The position numbers were made by a program, and so were the translations under genes. DNA of 64,000 nt from Escherichia coli (lineage in GTDB: Bacteria > Pseudomonadota > Gammaproteobacteria > Enterobacterales > Enterobacteriaceae), in assembly GCF_003018255.1 (NCBI RefSeq), contig NZ_CP027440.1; one strand, 5' to 3'. The notes beneath the pieces were generated by a model. The model saw only the letters and a list, made by a program, of their open reading frames with translations. It was not told the DNA's origin and made no database searches. Below are positions 36,923-50,085 of this stretch, piece by piece (within the stretch, counting starts at the first letter, position 1; each line of letters opens with the position of its first letter).

Positions 36923-37573
36923 TCAGCGGCTGTCATTGCGCAGTCTGCGCTCCAGCTGCTGTTTGTCTTTTTTCACGCCACAGCGGGGAGCGAGCTGTAA
37001 CGCATGGTTGAGATGGTTAAGGGCAGAAGCCGGATTGCTTTCACTCAGGACAGCGCCAATCGCTTTATGCAGACGCGCCCGTGACTGGTCCGGCATATCC
37101 AGACCGTCTGTTAGTTCCAGTGTCTGCAGCAACAGATCGGCATCAAAGCCGGTGGCGGCAAGCATTGCGCTCTGCGCCGCGTCTGCCATTTCCTCTGCCA
37201 GCACGGTCTGCACGTTGCGGTTACCCAGCGGCATCACCCAGCCATGACGCAGGGCATGACGCCCGATCTCCAGCGCCCCGGCATAATCTCCGGCATCAAT
37301 GCGCCACAGCATCACGTACATCAGCACGTCATCCTGTTGAGCGCCTCCGGCAGCCAGAACGCCCTCCGCCCAGGCGGTATATTTCGGCAGCAGCTCCACC
37401 TTGATTTCCGCTTTTTTGACCGTGGACTGAACGCCCTTGAGACGGCGGCGGTCTTCCGCCAGTTGCAGCAGCATCAGGTCATAGCCCGACGCGTGGCAAA
37501 CACTGCCACCCTCGCGAGCGGCCTGTTCAGCCTGAACGCGCAGGCGATGCTGCCGTGCGGGACTCAGGCTCAT
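36923..37573 (-). CDS. M: Terminase small (endonuclease) subunit M
   Basis: Size and order. Confidence 0.8.
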   Translation of the reverse strand: MSLSPARQHRLRVQAEQAAREGGSVCHASGYDLMLLQLAEDRRRLKGVQSTVKKAEIKVELLPKYTAWAEGVLAAGGAQQDDVLMYVMLWRIDAGDYAGALEIGRHALRHGWVMPLGNRNVQTVLAEEMADAAQSAMLAATGFDADLLLQTLELTDGLDMPDQSRARLHKAIGAVLSESNPASALNHLNHALQLAPRCGVKKDKQQLERRLRNDSR

Positions 37574-37576
37574 GAA

Positions 37577-38635
37577 TTACGCTCCGGTTTCTGCTGCGGC
37601 GGCGCTGAAGTCACCAATCTGGATGTTTTCCACCAGTGCAGCGCAGCGATAGTCCTCAACCACATAGGCTTCGTTAACGGATTCAAAATTTTCAATCCGG
37701 TCACGTTTCGGGTTGTCGATAACTGAACGGCGGCGGGTATCTTCCTGCCAGTAGATGGACAGGTTATCCAGACGGGTGATCAGCAGCGCATTCGGCGGGA
37801 AGAACGGCGCACGCACCGCCTGCAGGCCACCCATGCGTTTCTGACTGATGATCATATCGGCAGCCAGTTTTTCACTGTTTTCCTGCTCTTTGTTGACCAG
37901 CGGGAAATACTTGTCAGACAGCAGTTCACGCCCGCAAATCACCACCAGATCGTCATCGTCCTGGTAGACCACGTCGATAAGCTCATTGACCGCATCCATC
38001 ACCACAGCGTCCAGGTTGGCATATTCGCCACCTTTCCCGACTTTCACCGCATCCGGTGTGGTTTCGCCGCCCGTGGTGGTGCTGCCCATGACGTGATCCG
38101 GTGCATCCTCACGGATTTTCTGCAGCCAGCCTTTGTTCACATCCTGCAGCAGCGGGTTTTCACTACGGTTGGAGGTTTTCGCACGCTTCACGCCGTTAAA
38201 GCCGATCATGATGCGGTCCAGTGCCTGACGTTTCACGATGGCGTCACGGATACGCACCTGGAAATCCTGAAACTTCGCCCACAGGTCCAGCTTCGCGTAG
38301 GTCAGCACCGTGTCAAAGTTGGTCTGCTCGCATTTATATTCCACATCGACCATCAGCGTCGGATCGACAGGTTCACGCTCTTTCGCGGTGGTGTCAGTGG
38401 TTCCGGCAATGGTGCTGCCAACACCCAGCCCCAGCAGCTGACCGGACTGCTCAGTCACTGGCGTGACGTTAATCAGCGTCAGGAAAGCGGCGGACTGCTG
38501 GATCTGGTCTTCCAGCGTCTGCTGCACAGACGGCTCCACAGTGAATTTGCTGGACAGTTCTTCAACTGCCACACCGTTCAGACGCGCCAGCTGCTGCAGG
38601 TAAGCGTTAAAAGCAAAGCGGGTATTCTTCTTCAT
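37577..38635 (-). CDS. N: Major capsid protein N
   Basis: 352 aa, between scaffold O and M. Confidence 0.88.
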   Translation of the reverse strand: MKKNTRFAFNAYLQQLARLNGVAVEELSSKFTVEPSVQQTLEDQIQQSAAFLTLINVTPVTEQSGQLLGLGVGSTIAGTTDTTAKEREPVDPTLMVDVEYKCEQTNFDTVLTYAKLDLWAKFQDFQVRIRDAIVKRQALDRIMIGFNGVKRAKTSNRSENPLLQDVNKGWLQKIREDAPDHVMGSTTTGGETTPDAVKVGKGGEYANLDAVVMDAVNELIDVVYQDDDDLVVICGRELLSDKYFPLVNKEQENSEKLAADMIISQKRMGGLQAVRAPFFPPNALLITRLDNLSIYWQEDTRRRSVIDNPKRDRIENFESVNEAYVVEDYRCAALVENIQIGDFSAAAAETGA

Positions 38636-38651
38636 CGGGTTTTGTGCTCCA

Positions 38652-39485
38652 TCAGCAATTGGTCAGAGTGTCAGCGGGGGCGTTACCGCCTGTTGCACGC
38701 TGGCGGTAGTCCTGGCGGCTGTCTTCATGACTCAGCTTGTCCACCAGTTCGTTAAAGGCGGTTTGCTGTGCCTGCAGGGCAGTCTCCAGCTCAGACAGGC
38801 GTTCTTCCTGCTCAGACAGGGATTTTTCGGTGCGTGCGTTCAGGTTCTGCTGCTCAGTGGCGACCAGCTCCACGGCCTTATGCACATCAGAGAACCGGGC
38901 GTCATCGGACTGCTCTTTTTTGGTAAACAGCGCCGTGACGCGGGCAAACAGGGACGGTTTGTCGTCCTGGATTTCTTCCAGTTCGATCACCGTTTCCTCT
39001 GCAGCGGTAAAGAGATTGGCAGGATTCTGCTTGCGGTTTGCCAGCGGGTTATGGGCTGCACTGGCGCTGAATGTCAGCATTTCCGTACCCAGACTGGCAG
39101 GGTCATCAGTGGCAGCCAGGCCGACCAGGTAGGCTTTGCCCGTATCAGCGAACTTCGGGCTGACTTCCATAGAGGTGAATAATTTCTGGCCTTTTTTCAC
39201 CAGTTCCACCAGGGACTCCGTTGGCTCAACGTCGGCATACAGCGCCATCTTGCCTGCCAGCGGACCTTCCGTGATTTCTTCAGCAAACAGCGCCGTCACC
39301 TTGCCGTAGCGGTTAAAGATGCTGTCCGGCAGATAAGACTTGATGTGCTCAAGGTTAATCAGCGCGGTATACACCGCCGGGTTGTAGCTGGCTGCCATCT
39401 GTTCCAGCCATTCACGCTGGATTTCGCGTCCGTCGGTGGTGGCACCTTCCACCCCGATGCGAAAACGCTTTGCTTTCACTGTCAT
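38652..39485 (-). CDS. O: Capsid scaffolding protein O
   Basis: Size and order; divergent from P. Confidence 0.85.
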   Translation of the reverse strand: MTVKAKRFRIGVEGATTDGREIQREWLEQMAASYNPAVYTALINLEHIKSYLPDSIFNRYGKVTALFAEEITEGPLAGKMALYADVEPTESLVELVKKGQKLFTSMEVSPKFADTGKAYLVGLAATDDPASLGTEMLTFSASAAHNPLANRKQNPANLFTAAEETVIELEEIQDDKPSLFARVTALFTKKEQSDDARFSDVHKAVELVATEQQNLNARTEKSLSEQEERLSELETALQAQQTAFNELVDKLSHEDSRQDYRQRATGGNAPADTLTNC

Positions 39486-39627
39486 GAGCCGTGCTCCGTT
39501 AGAAAAAACTTACTGGAGCCTTATGGTTGCGGTGATGGGGGCAGTGAAACAATGCGCGGCATTTGTACCGACAACCACACAAACCGCAGGCGGGGAAAGC
39601 CTTCATTCAAGGCTGTAGGTTTGTACC

Positions 39628-41394
39628 ATGAACACCACACTGACACCCGCAGATCTCGATCCCCGTCGGCAGGCCATGCTGCTGTACTTTCAGGGATACC
39701 GCGTAGCCCGCATTGCTGAAATGCTGGGCGAGAAAGTTGCAACCGTTCACAGCTGGAAAAAACGCGACAAGTGGGGTGACTATGGGCCGCTGGATCAGAT
39801 GCAGCTCACCACCGCCGCACGCTACTGCCAGCTCATCATGAAGGAGCACAAAGAAGGGAAAGATTTCAAAGAGATTGACCTGCTGGCGCGCCAGTCTGAG
39901 CGCCACGCGCGGATCGGCAAGTTTAACAATGGCGGCAACGAATCCGACTTAAACCCTAACGTCGCCAACCGCAACAAAGGCCCACGCCGTCAGCCGGAAA
40001 AGAATGTTTTCACCGATGAGCAGATTGAGAAGCTGGAAGAAATCTTCCATTCCTCCATGTTCAACTACCAGCGCCACTGGTGGGAAGCCGGAAAAACCAA
40101 CCGCATCCGCAACCTGCTGAAGTCACGCCAGATCGGCGCGACCTTTTACTTTGCCCGTGAAGCCCTGATTGACGCCCTACTGACCGGACGTAACCAGATT
40201 TTCCTTTCCGCCAGCAAGGCACAGGCCCACGTCTTTAAGCAGTACATCATCGACTTCGCCAAAGAAGTGGAGGTGGAGTTGAAAGGCGATCCGATGGTGC
40301 TTCCTAACGGGGCCACGCTTTACTTCCTCGGCACCAATGCCCGCACGGCCCAGAGTTATCACGGCAACCTGTATCTGGATGAATATTTCTGGATACCGAA
40401 ATTCCAGGAGCTGCGCAAAGTGGCTTCCGGTATGGCTATTCACAAGAAATGGCGACAAACCTATTTTTCCACGCCATCCAGCCTGACACACAGTGCTTAT
40501 CCGTTCTGGTCCGGTGCGCTATTCAACCGTGGGCGCAACAAAGCAGATAAGGTGGACATCGACCTGTCCCACAGCAATCTGGCCCCCGGCCTGCTGTGCG
40601 CAGACGGGCAATACCGCCAGATTGTCACCGTGGAAGATGCAGTGCGCGGCGGATGTAACCTGTTCGACCTCGATCAGTTACGCATGGAGTACAGCCCGGA
40701 CGAATACCAGAACCTGCTGATGTGCGAGTTTGTGGACGATCTCGCGTCTGTGTTCCCACTCAGCGAGCTGCAGGCGTGCATGGTGGACAGCTGGGAAGTC
40801 TGGACCGACTTTCATGCACTGGCACTGCGCCCATTTGGCTGGCGCGAAGTGTGGATCGGTTATGACCCTGCGAAAGGTACGCAGAACGGCGACAGTGCCG
40901 GATGCGTGGTGGTGGCACCGCCAGCCGTGCCGGGCGGCAAGTTCCGCATTCTTGAGCGTCACCAGTGGCGCGGGATGGACTTTCGCGCCCAGGCTGACGC
41001 CATCAAAAAACTGACCGAACAGTACAACGTGACCTATATCGGCATCGACTCAACCGGCGTTGGTCACGGGGTTTATGAGAACGTGAAAGCGTTCTTTCCT
41101 GCCGTCCGGGAGTTTGTCTACAACCCCAACGTTAAAAACGCCCTGGTACTCAAGGCCTACGACATTATCAGCCACCGCCGTCTGGAGTTTGACGCCGGGC
41201 ACACCGACATTGCGCAGTCATTCATGGCAATCCGTCGCGCCACCACCGCCAGTGGCAACCGCCCGACCTATGAAGCCAGCCGCAGCGAAGAAGCCAGCCA
41301 CGCCGATCTGGCCTGGGCAACGATGCACGCACTGTTTAACGAACCGCTGCAGGGCGAATCCGCCAATACCAGCAATATTGTGGAGATTTTTTGA
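39628..41394 (+). CDS. P: Terminase large (ATPase) subunit P (588 aa)
   Basis: Walker A-like motif LLKSRQIGAT and matching size; followed by portal. Confidence 0.9.
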   Translation: MNTTLTPADLDPRRQAMLLYFQGYRVARIAEMLGEKVATVHSWKKRDKWGDYGPLDQMQLTTAARYCQLIMKEHKEGKDFKEIDLLARQSERHARIGKFNNGGNESDLNPNVANRNKGPRRQPEKNVFTDEQIEKLEEIFHSSMFNYQRHWWEAGKTNRIRNLLKSRQIGATFYFAREALIDALLTGRNQIFLSASKAQAHVFKQYIIDFAKEVEVELKGDPMVLPNGATLYFLGTNARTAQSYHGNLYLDEYFWIPKFQELRKVASGMAIHKKWRQTYFSTPSSLTHSAYPFWSGALFNRGRNKADKVDIDLSHSNLAPGLLCADGQYRQIVTVEDAVRGGCNLFDLDQLRMEYSPDEYQNLLMCEFVDDLASVFPLSELQACMVDSWEVWTDFHALALRPFGWREVWIGYDPAKGTQNGDSAGCVVVAPPAVPGGKFRILERHQWRGMDFRAQADAIKKLTEQYNVTYIGIDSTGVGHGVYENVKAFFPAVREFVYNPNVKNALVLKAYDIISHRRLEFDAGHTDIAQSFMAIRRATTASGNRPTYEASRSEEASHADLAWATMHALFNEPLQGESANTSNIVEIF

Positions 41395-42419
41395 TGGGAA
41401 AGAGTAAGAAGAACCGCGCTGCGGCGACGAAACAGATCCAGCTTAAAAGTCAAACTACAGCCGAAGCATTCAGCTTCGGCGATCCCGTTCCTGTTCTGGA
41501 CCGCCGAGAATTACTGGACTATGTGGAATGCGTACAGATGGACCGTTGGTATGAGCCGCCCGTCAGCTTTGACGGACTGGCGCGCACCTTCCGCGCTGCA
41601 GTGCATCACAGTTCCCCGATTGCAGTAAAGTGCAACATTCTGACCAGTACCTACATCCCTCACCCGCTGCTCAGCCAGCAGGCTTTTTCACGTTTTGTGC
41701 AGGACTATCTGGTATTTGGTAACGCCTACCTGGAGAAACGCACGAACCGATTCGGTGAAGTTATCGCCCTTGAGCCTGCGCTGGCAAAATACACCCGACG
41801 CGGGTTAGACCTGGATACCTACTGGTTTGTGCAATACGGCATGACTACACAGCCGTATCAGTTCACGAAAGGCAGCATTTTTCACCTGATGGAACCGGAT
41901 ATCAACCAGGAGATCTACGGCCTGCCCGGTTATCTTTCTGCCATTCCGTCAGCCCTGCTCAACGAGTCCGCCACGCTGTTCCGCCGGAAGTATTACATTA
42001 ACGGTAGTCATGCAGGCTTCATCATGTACATGACCGATGCCGCGCAGAACCAGGAGGATGTGAACAACCTCCGCAATGCGATGAAAAGCGCCAAAGGCCC
42101 TGGCAACTTCCGCAATCTGTTTATGTACTCGCCTAACGGCAAAAAGGACGGACTTCAGATTATCCCGTTGTCAGAAGTCGCAGCGAAGGATGAGTTTCTG
42201 AATATCAAAAATGTTAGTCGCGATGACATGATGGCAGCACACCGCGTGCCGCCACAGATGATGGGGATAATGCCAAATAATGTCGGGGGGTTTGGGGATG
42301 TGGAAAAAGCGAGTTTAGTGTTTGTGAGGAACGAATTAATACCCTTACAGAAAAGGATGCAGGAATTAAATAAATGGCTTGAAGATAATATATTACAATT
42401 CAAACCATATAAATTTTAA
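41391..42419 (+). CDS. Q: Portal protein Q (342 aa)
   Basis: Size and order; 3' end faces cos. Confidence 0.9.
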   Translation: MMGKSKKNRAAATKQIQLKSQTTAEAFSFGDPVPVLDRRELLDYVECVQMDRWYEPPVSFDGLARTFRAAVHHSSPIAVKCNILTSTYIPHPLLSQQAFSRFVQDYLVFGNAYLEKRTNRFGEVIALEPALAKYTRRGLDLDTYWFVQYGMTTQPYQFTKGSIFHLMEPDINQEIYGLPGYLSAIPSALLNESATLFRRKYYINGSHAGFIMYMTDAAQNQEDVNNLRNAMKSAKGPGNFRNLFMYSPNGKKDGLQIIPLSEVAAKDEFLNIKNVSRDDMMAAHRVPPQMMGIMPNNVGGFGDVEKASLVFVRNELIPLQKRMQELNKWLEDNILQFKPYKF

Positions 42420-42460
42420 CGAAAAATCAGCCTTGGCGTTCATAACGTTAGGGCTGTTCA

Positions 42461-44428
<1,968 letters not shown>

Positions 44429-44458
44429 GTATTTTGCCTATTTTAGGTGATAGCGCGC

Positions 44459-44481
44459 GCTCGTATCCCCGCCACGCCTGC
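44459..44481. other. Probable cos site (cohesive-end sequence)
   Basis: The minus strand reads GGCGTGGCGGGGATACGAG, resembling the P2/186 19-nt cohesive end (GGCG(A/T)GGCGGGGAAAGCA...) as I recall it. Confidence 0.5.
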
Positions 44482-44520
44482 CCGCTTTATGTAGTGGTTT
44501 TCATGCACCTGCATGATCTA

Positions 44521-44547
44521 CGCAAAAGCCCGCCAGTTCTGGCGGGC
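44521..44547 (-). terminator. Rho-independent terminator ending the tum/DinI-like operon
   Basis: 9-bp GC stem gcccgccag/ctggcgggc with a 2-nt loop, followed on the minus strand by TTTTG. Confidence 0.75.
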
Positions 44548-44682
44548 CTTAGCAAAAACGATCCTCAAACGATCATGCGATCTCATGCGGCATAGACATG
44601 CACTACAGAGCTAACGCCTCGCAAGGGCTCGTTGTTCAACCTTGCTGACGCCAGAAACAAGTTCAGACGCCAGCAACGTTTC

Positions 44683-44916
44683 TTAATGCAGCCAGCTGTC
44701 GTCTTCCCACACCTTTTGCATAATTTTCATCACTTGCTTCCTTTCTTCGTCCAGTTGCAGTCCTGTCAGTTCCACACCGTTAGAGCTACCTTTACGGATA
44801 CGAATTACCGTTTTGGGATACAGGGGGCGCAGATTGCGGTAAAGCTCGGATTCAAGGGCGTCCAGGGTAGACTGGCTAATCTTCTGCTCTTTATCGATCA
44901 TTATTTCAATGCGCAT
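44683..44916 (-). CDS. DinI-family protein (78 aa), resembling the C-terminal part of a 186 Tum-type SOS antirepressor
   Basis: ORF 44683..44988; start set to MRIEIMIDKEQ..., which parallels the DinI N-terminus (MRIEVTIAK...). Confidence 0.7.
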   Translation of the reverse strand: MRIEIMIDKEQKISQSTLDALESELYRNLRPLYPKTVIRIRKGSSNGVELTGLQLDEERKQVMKIMQKVWEDDSWLH

Positions 44917-44926
44917 AAAAGTCACC

Positions 44927-45115
44927 TCAGCTGATGACATCCATTGAGCGGTTGTATTCGTGGGTTCTGATTTTTGCCATGAGTTCATCTGTCAGTTCAG
45001 AAACCCACTGCAGAGCCAGCCCCTTCTCTTCATCACTACACTCACTAGCCGCTACAAGCTTAAGAAAAAAATCAATGCGCTGGAGCTTCAAAGACTCCAA
45101 AAAATAGTCCTGCAT
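44927..45115 (-). CDS. Small protein (62 aa), first gene of the LexA-boxed operon; possibly the N-terminal part of a Tum-like antirepressor
   Basis: ORF 44927..45217; start set to MQDYFLESL...; stop lies ~10 nt before the DinI-like start. Confidence 0.5.
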   Translation of the reverse strand: MQDYFLESLKLQRIDFFLKLVAASECSDEEKGLALQWVSELTDELMAKIRTHEYNRSMDVIS

Positions 45116-45156
45116 CTTTCCTCCTATGACACCACACGCAATACTGTATGTATAAC

Positions 45157-45176
45157 CACTGTTTATATTTACAGTA
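45157..45176. promoter_or_regulatory. LexA (SOS) box CACTGTTTATATTTACAGTA
   Basis: Perfect CTGT-N8-ACAG with AT-rich spacer, ~40 bp upstream of the small ORF; a second partial TACTGTATGT half-site is adjacent. Confidence 0.75.
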
Positions 45177-45268
45177 TATAATAATCTTACTGATGTAAAA
45201 CGTTTTTTTACATTCATCAGCCTGATATGCCTGGTATTATTAAGAGCACGAATTGTTAACCCGCGTAA

Positions 45269-47710
45269 TTAATACAGGTTCCGCCACTGATCATCTTCCT
45301 GCAAACGCTGGTTCCGATAGAAGATACGCAGGCCTGCTCCTGACGGAATACTGCCTCCGCGAAGGAGTAAATCGACCTCTTTCTCGCTGCCATCAAATCC
45401 TCTGGACTTCAGCTCATACACGAGCTGCAGTCGCTGATGGTCTGTAATTCGCTGTTTGTAGTCTTTACGCCGTTTCGGTTTCACCAGGCGTAACCTTGCA
45501 GCCAGTTCCCGGCGCTCTTTTTTGCTCATACTGTGCAGGTAATCGTGCAACTCCTTGTCATCCATGCGGGTAATGTCCGTTCTGGTATCCCCATCAGCTG
45601 ATTTGTCTTTCCCTTGTTGGTTCAAATTTTCAGCAAGGGGACAGTTATTGCCACGAGTCCAAGGGGCGCAAGCGCCCTGGTCGGCTGCCGCCTCCTGAAC
45701 GTCAACGGCCTTACGAACCATTTTCCACTTCACTGCATGAGTGCAGATCTTGCCCTCTGCAATGGGTGACCAGATGCCATAAATACGAATACCGTGATCA
45801 CCATAGGCGGTCGGCTCTTCGTTGATTTCATAAGCGGTTCTGATCAAGTGATATTTGCGGGGAACCAGTACGCCGCCCTGCTTCATAATGTAGGTGGCAA
45901 AACAGCCAGCATCAGCAGCAGCCAGAATGGCATCAAGGCGCGGGTTATCCAGTACCGACGCACCTGCTTTTTTGTCACCCTGTTGCCTTGCCGCCTGACC
46001 AGCCAGCAATCGCAGTTCACGGTAAGCCTGACGCCCCGGAATGCCAAAGAAGCGGAATTGCTGAACACGATGCAGAGACGCCCAGGCATTAACGTATTCA
46101 GCATTATCACGCAGGGATTTACCCGTTTCCTTGCTGATCTCGCCAGCCAGACCACGCCCGTCAATGTTCTTACTGATGTATTTCGCGATGTAGCTTGTTG
46201 GCGTACCTTTGCGCGGGTTTATCAGCTCAGACTTAAAGCGTGGCCCCGTGTTATTACCCAGCTCCTCGCGGTCTTCACGAATGGCAAACTTACGCAGCAA
46301 AGCAGTAATGGCGCGGCGATCTTTTTTGCGCATGAAACACAACAGGTGCCAGTGAACTGTGCCGTCATGATGCGGCTCAGCCACCCGCACGCCATACCAG
46401 CGCAACCCGGTTTTGTGCATAGCCTTACGAAATGCAGCAAACATGCCGACCAGATAATCGCTGCTTTGTCTTACCGTCGCGTTTGTCCAGGTCGGGTTTG
46501 GTCTGCCGTTATTGAGCGTGGAATGGAAACGCGACGGACAGGTGATGGTGTAGAAAACGGCACAGTCACTGCGCATTTCCGCGATAAGCTCCAGACCTTT
46601 AACACAGGCCATCATCTCATTGCGGCGATGCGCCGGGTTGCTGCTGCTGGCCTTTACCACATCTTCCATATCCAGCGTGTCGCCGTTTTCGTTCACCAGT
46701 TCATGAGAACGGAAAAACTCCAGCGACTTACGGCGCTGCTCACGTTTATGCATCACGGCTTCATAGCTGACATAGGGAGATGCTTTTTTGCTGACCAGGC
46801 AGACAGCACGCAACTGCTCTTCCCGCCATTCGCAGCGCATCTTCCATAATTTCCGATACCACCAGTCGGCACACAACATACGCGCCAGCGAACCCGGAAT
46901 GAGTTCATAGGGCACGGGTTTGCGACGCTTTCTTTTCCGACGAAGTTGCTCAAACGCAGGCGGGATAACATCCAGTCGCAGGGTTTCCGCTGCCACCTTT
47001 TCCCATGTCTTGCGGATTTCTTCTGGCTTAACATCATCGGTGGCGTACAAATCACCACAAGCGGCATCAAGGCACATGCTCATATGCGCAGCTACCAGGG
47101 TGGACAGGCGTTTCACCTGATCCTGACTCATTTCAGGCAGGATCAGCAGGCCGTCCAGCCCTTCATGGCTCGCCATAAAGCGAAAAGAAGTGGATAGCTG
47201 ACTGTCGCGTACATGCTCCAGCCGTTCCAGACATGGCTTAATCGTCTCACGCAAATAGCGAGAATAAGCCTTTGGCCTGCCCAGGCTGCTGAAGTATTCA
47301 ATACGTTGCATCAGCGGCTTGCTGATATGGGAAGGCTGGGCGTTAACGTCCGCCAGAATGACCATGTCCGGATTAAAACGCTGCTGCTCATGCGCCAGCT
47401 TTGCCCGGCTAATGAGCTTATCCTGCTCCATTTCGCGTTGGACAGGATCACGGGATTCATTAAAGAAATAACGCTCCCAGACCTGATCACTCAGTGCCTC
47501 GCGGCGCAGTTGTTCCTGCTCGTTATCGGCAGCGTACAGAGTGATCAGGTTTGAAAGCGCAGAAACCGGCGCAACTTCCGCCGGGTCCAGATAAGGGTTA
47601 ATGGCTTTCTTAGGTAAATTCCACGAATAACCCCCGGCAGAATTCTCAATGCTACCGGAAGTTACACTGACAAATGGATCGGCAAGACGGCCTGTGCTGA
47701 TCTCTGTCAC
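45269..47710 (-). CDS. A: Replication initiation protein (P2 gpA / 186 RepA family rolling-circle initiator, 813 aa)
   Basis: Size, position and paired catalytic tyrosines (...YIAKYISKN...). Confidence 0.88.
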   Translation of the reverse strand: MTEISTGRLADPFVSVTSGSIENSAGGYSWNLPKKAINPYLDPAEVAPVSALSNLITLYAADNEQEQLRREALSDQVWERYFFNESRDPVQREMEQDKLISRAKLAHEQQRFNPDMVILADVNAQPSHISKPLMQRIEYFSSLGRPKAYSRYLRETIKPCLERLEHVRDSQLSTSFRFMASHEGLDGLLILPEMSQDQVKRLSTLVAAHMSMCLDAACGDLYATDDVKPEEIRKTWEKVAAETLRLDVIPPAFEQLRRKRKRRKPVPYELIPGSLARMLCADWWYRKLWKMRCEWREEQLRAVCLVSKKASPYVSYEAVMHKREQRRKSLEFFRSHELVNENGDTLDMEDVVKASSSNPAHRRNEMMACVKGLELIAEMRSDCAVFYTITCPSRFHSTLNNGRPNPTWTNATVRQSSDYLVGMFAAFRKAMHKTGLRWYGVRVAEPHHDGTVHWHLLCFMRKKDRRAITALLRKFAIREDREELGNNTGPRFKSELINPRKGTPTSYIAKYISKNIDGRGLAGEISKETGKSLRDNAEYVNAWASLHRVQQFRFFGIPGRQAYRELRLLAGQAARQQGDKKAGASVLDNPRLDAILAAADAGCFATYIMKQGGVLVPRKYHLIRTAYEINEEPTAYGDHGIRIYGIWSPIAEGKICTHAVKWKMVRKAVDVQEAAADQGACAPWTRGNNCPLAENLNQQGKDKSADGDTRTDITRMDDKELHDYLHSMSKKERRELAARLRLVKPKRRKDYKQRITDHQRLQLVYELKSRGFDGSEKEVDLLLRGGSIPSGAGLRIFYRNQRLQEDDQWRNLY

Positions 47711-48717
47711 TCACAGACTCCTGCATATACACTGCTGCACACCGCTTTATCATTCATGCCTGCCAGCAGGTCAAACTGCATACCGCCCCGAGTTGTTAAG
47801 GCCCAGTCCCGATAAGTTTCAATGCCATAAGCATCAACAGTTATGACTTCGATCCGTTTTTCATCACGGCGCGGATCATGCGTGGATGGAAAGAACGTTG
47901 AATTGCCACGTCTTGAACATTCCGCAACCAGTCTTTCCCACTCAGCCACTCGGCGGATTTCTTCTGGCCAGCGTTGGAAAATCTCAGCAAGTTCTGACTT
48001 GCGAGCATGAATACATGGCATACAACCGACACGACTGCATCCCTGCATATAAAGGGGGTTAGGCTTAATGCCATGACGTTTGGCAATAGCAAACACATCC
48101 TCATGCAGCCAATTAAGGATCGGACGATAAACATGCAGGCCCAGAGTATTGTCTGCATCGTCCTCCCACTCAGGCAACAATGCACGTTCCGGTGATTCCT
48201 GCCCCCGGACTCCTTGCCAGCTGATTACCTCATCGTATTCATCCAGAGCCGGATCGATTACCTGTGTACGTATTGGTTCATGTTTTAGTTCAAAAGTGCA
48301 GAAACGAGCTTTTGTTGAAGGGAAGCGACCTTTCCACATGCACAAATCAAGAAACGGAACGCCGGTTGGTTTAAGGATTTCCAGTGCCCGGTAAATACGT
48401 TCCTCAGCCTCATCTGTCGACATACCACATTCCTCAACGAGAGAAATGGGCCACTTTTCCGCAATGAATTTACGTTTCCCTTCTATCTGGCGTGTGAAAT
48501 CCGCTTTGACGCGAATAATCTTGCCCAGCTTTGATTCCAGATAATCCAGATATTCTATTGTCTGTGGATGTTCATGACCCGTATCGGCAAATACAGAAAT
48601 ATGCGGAACATCGTTTTCAATGGCTCTTAACCATTGAGCGAGACTATCTTTGCCACCAGAAGTAGTGATGATGTTAATGGTGCTTGAAGCAAAGCAACGC
48701 GGATCGATAGCATTCAT
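47707..48717 (-). CDS. PP-loop ATP pyrophosphatase, PAPS-reductase-like (336 aa)
   Basis: PP-loop motif TTSGGKDS near the N-terminus; Cys-rich C-terminal part; translationally coupled to dam upstream and A downstream. Confidence 0.75.
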   Translation of the reverse strand: MNAIDPRCFASSTINIITTSGGKDSLAQWLRAIENDVPHISVFADTGHEHPQTIEYLDYLESKLGKIIRVKADFTRQIEGKRKFIAEKWPISLVEECGMSTDEAEERIYRALEILKPTGVPFLDLCMWKGRFPSTKARFCTFELKHEPIRTQVIDPALDEYDEVISWQGVRGQESPERALLPEWEDDADNTLGLHVYRPILNWLHEDVFAIAKRHGIKPNPLYMQGCSRVGCMPCIHARKSELAEIFQRWPEEIRRVAEWERLVAECSRRGNSTFFPSTHDPRRDEKRIEVITVDAYGIETYRDWALTTRGGMQFDLLAGMNDKAVCSSVYAGVCE

Positions 48718-49562
48718 GCGCGTACCTCAACGGTACGGTCAGAGCCGCTGGCAAAATCGACACCAAACCACCCAGCTGATTTGGTGGCAATGATTTCTGT
48801 TGCAGATTTACTCTCGCCAGCTGACACGCCAATGCTGCGTTTTGACTTGATGTAGTGGTGAGTGAAATTGCGATACAGCGAACGGATCAGGGATGTGTCA
48901 CTGTTAGAAACAATGACCGGATGACCTTCAGATGATCGATGTTCAAGAACGGATGCCAGGTGATACTGGTCATCTTCAGTGAAGCCATCAGTGTGATAGC
49001 CGGAAAACGTACCGTCATAAGGCGGATCGCAATATACCACATCCCCCACCTTCAACATCGCCAGCGTTTCATCAAAGCTGGCGCAGATAAACGTTGCCCG
49101 CTGGGCTTTCTCTGCAAATGCGCGAATTTCTTTTTCAGGGAAATACGGATTTTTATAATTACCGTAGGGAATGTTGAAATACCCGCTCTTGTTATAGCGA
49201 CATAGCCCACGGTAACCATGACGATTGAGATACAGAAAATATACCGCTTTCATGAAATCAGTAATTTCAGTGGAGTAATTAAACTCCTGCCTTATGTTGT
49301 AATAAGCCACCTCTCTGTTTGCTTCCTCAAATAAAGCTCTGGCACGAGATATAAACGCCTCACAATCAGCAGCAACCTTTTTATAGAGGTTGATTAAATC
49401 AGGATTAATATCCGCAACCAGATAGCTGGGGTAATCCGTCTCCATCATCACAGCACAAGAACCCGCGAAAGGTTCAACCAGTCGCGGGCCAGCAGGAAGG
49501 TATTTTTTCAGTTCGGACATAATGGCGGTTTTATTACCCGCCCATTTCAGGATGGTGCTCAT
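48714..49562 (-). CDS. dam: DNA adenine methyltransferase (Dam-type, D12 class)
   Basis: [11 protein letters not shown]-binding start and DPPY catalytic motif; start set to [11 protein letters not shown]. Confidence 0.9.
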   Translation of the reverse strand: MSTILKWAGNKTAIMSELKKYLPAGPRLVEPFAGSCAVMMETDYPSYLVADINPDLINLYKKVAADCEAFISRARALFEEANREVAYYNIRQEFNYSTEITDFMKAVYFLYLNRHGYRGLCRYNKSGYFNIPYGNYKNPYFPEKEIRAFAEKAQRATFICASFDETLAMLKVGDVVYCDPPYDGTFSGYHTDGFTEDDQYHLASVLEHRSSEGHPVIVSNSDTSLIRSLYRNFTHHYIKSKRSIGVSAGESKSATEIIATKSAGWFGVDFASGSDRTVEVRA

Positions 49563-49861
49563 ACAGCACCTCCTGCAATAACATATCCTAAAGCTTCTAA
49601 TGGGGTTAATGAGCGAATTGATAGCATCACCCATTGTTCTGAAACTGCCATGACGTCATTAACCGGAAGCACATGAGAGATAACCGCGGCCCATTCCCTA
49701 CCCGTAAATACGCCATGCTTCCATTCGCAAAGAGAAAGAACATCACCAACTTTATAGCCACGATCGTCTTTACGAAGTTCAGCCGTCTTTTGACCTGCAA
49801 CCACAGCGTTGAAATACTTAGGTGCAATTTTTAATTGATGGATACGCACAGCCCCTGTCAT
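49559..49861 (-). CDS. ASCH-like small protein (~100 aa)
   Basis: ORF 49559..49921 with start set to [11 protein letters not shown]...; fold assignment is from memory of similar phage proteins only. Confidence 0.5.
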   Translation of the reverse strand: MTGAVRIHQLKIAPKYFNAVVAGQKTAELRKDDRGYKVGDVLSLCEWKHGVFTGREWAAVISHVLPVNDVMAVSEQWVMLSIRSLTPLEALGYVIAGGAV

Positions 49862-50085
49862 ACAGCACCTCCGTTGTAATGTTTGCCTTTCAGCTCTGCG
49901 ATTTCCTGACAGGTAATGCAAAGCTGCACTCCTGGAATGGCGCGGCGGCGTGCTGGCGGAATTGGCGCTTCACATTCAATGCAAAGCACGCGAGACACGC
50001 CCGGTGTTTTGGCACGGGCAGCACGGATATGGCGCTGGCGTTCTTCTTCAACGCGCTGCTGTACGAGATCCATTGCATCAGCCAT
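49858..50085 (-). CDS. TraR/DksA-family C4 zinc-finger protein (75 aa)
   Basis: [26 protein letters not shown] four-cysteine motif. Confidence 0.7.
   Translation of the reverse strand: MADAMDLVQQRVEEERQRHIRAARAKTPGVSRVLCIECEAPIPPARRRAIPGVQLCITCQEIAELKGKHYNGGAV

Noticed and set aside
45794-46849. 351-aa plus-strand ORF
   Set aside because: Antisense shadow of replication gene A; no independent signals.
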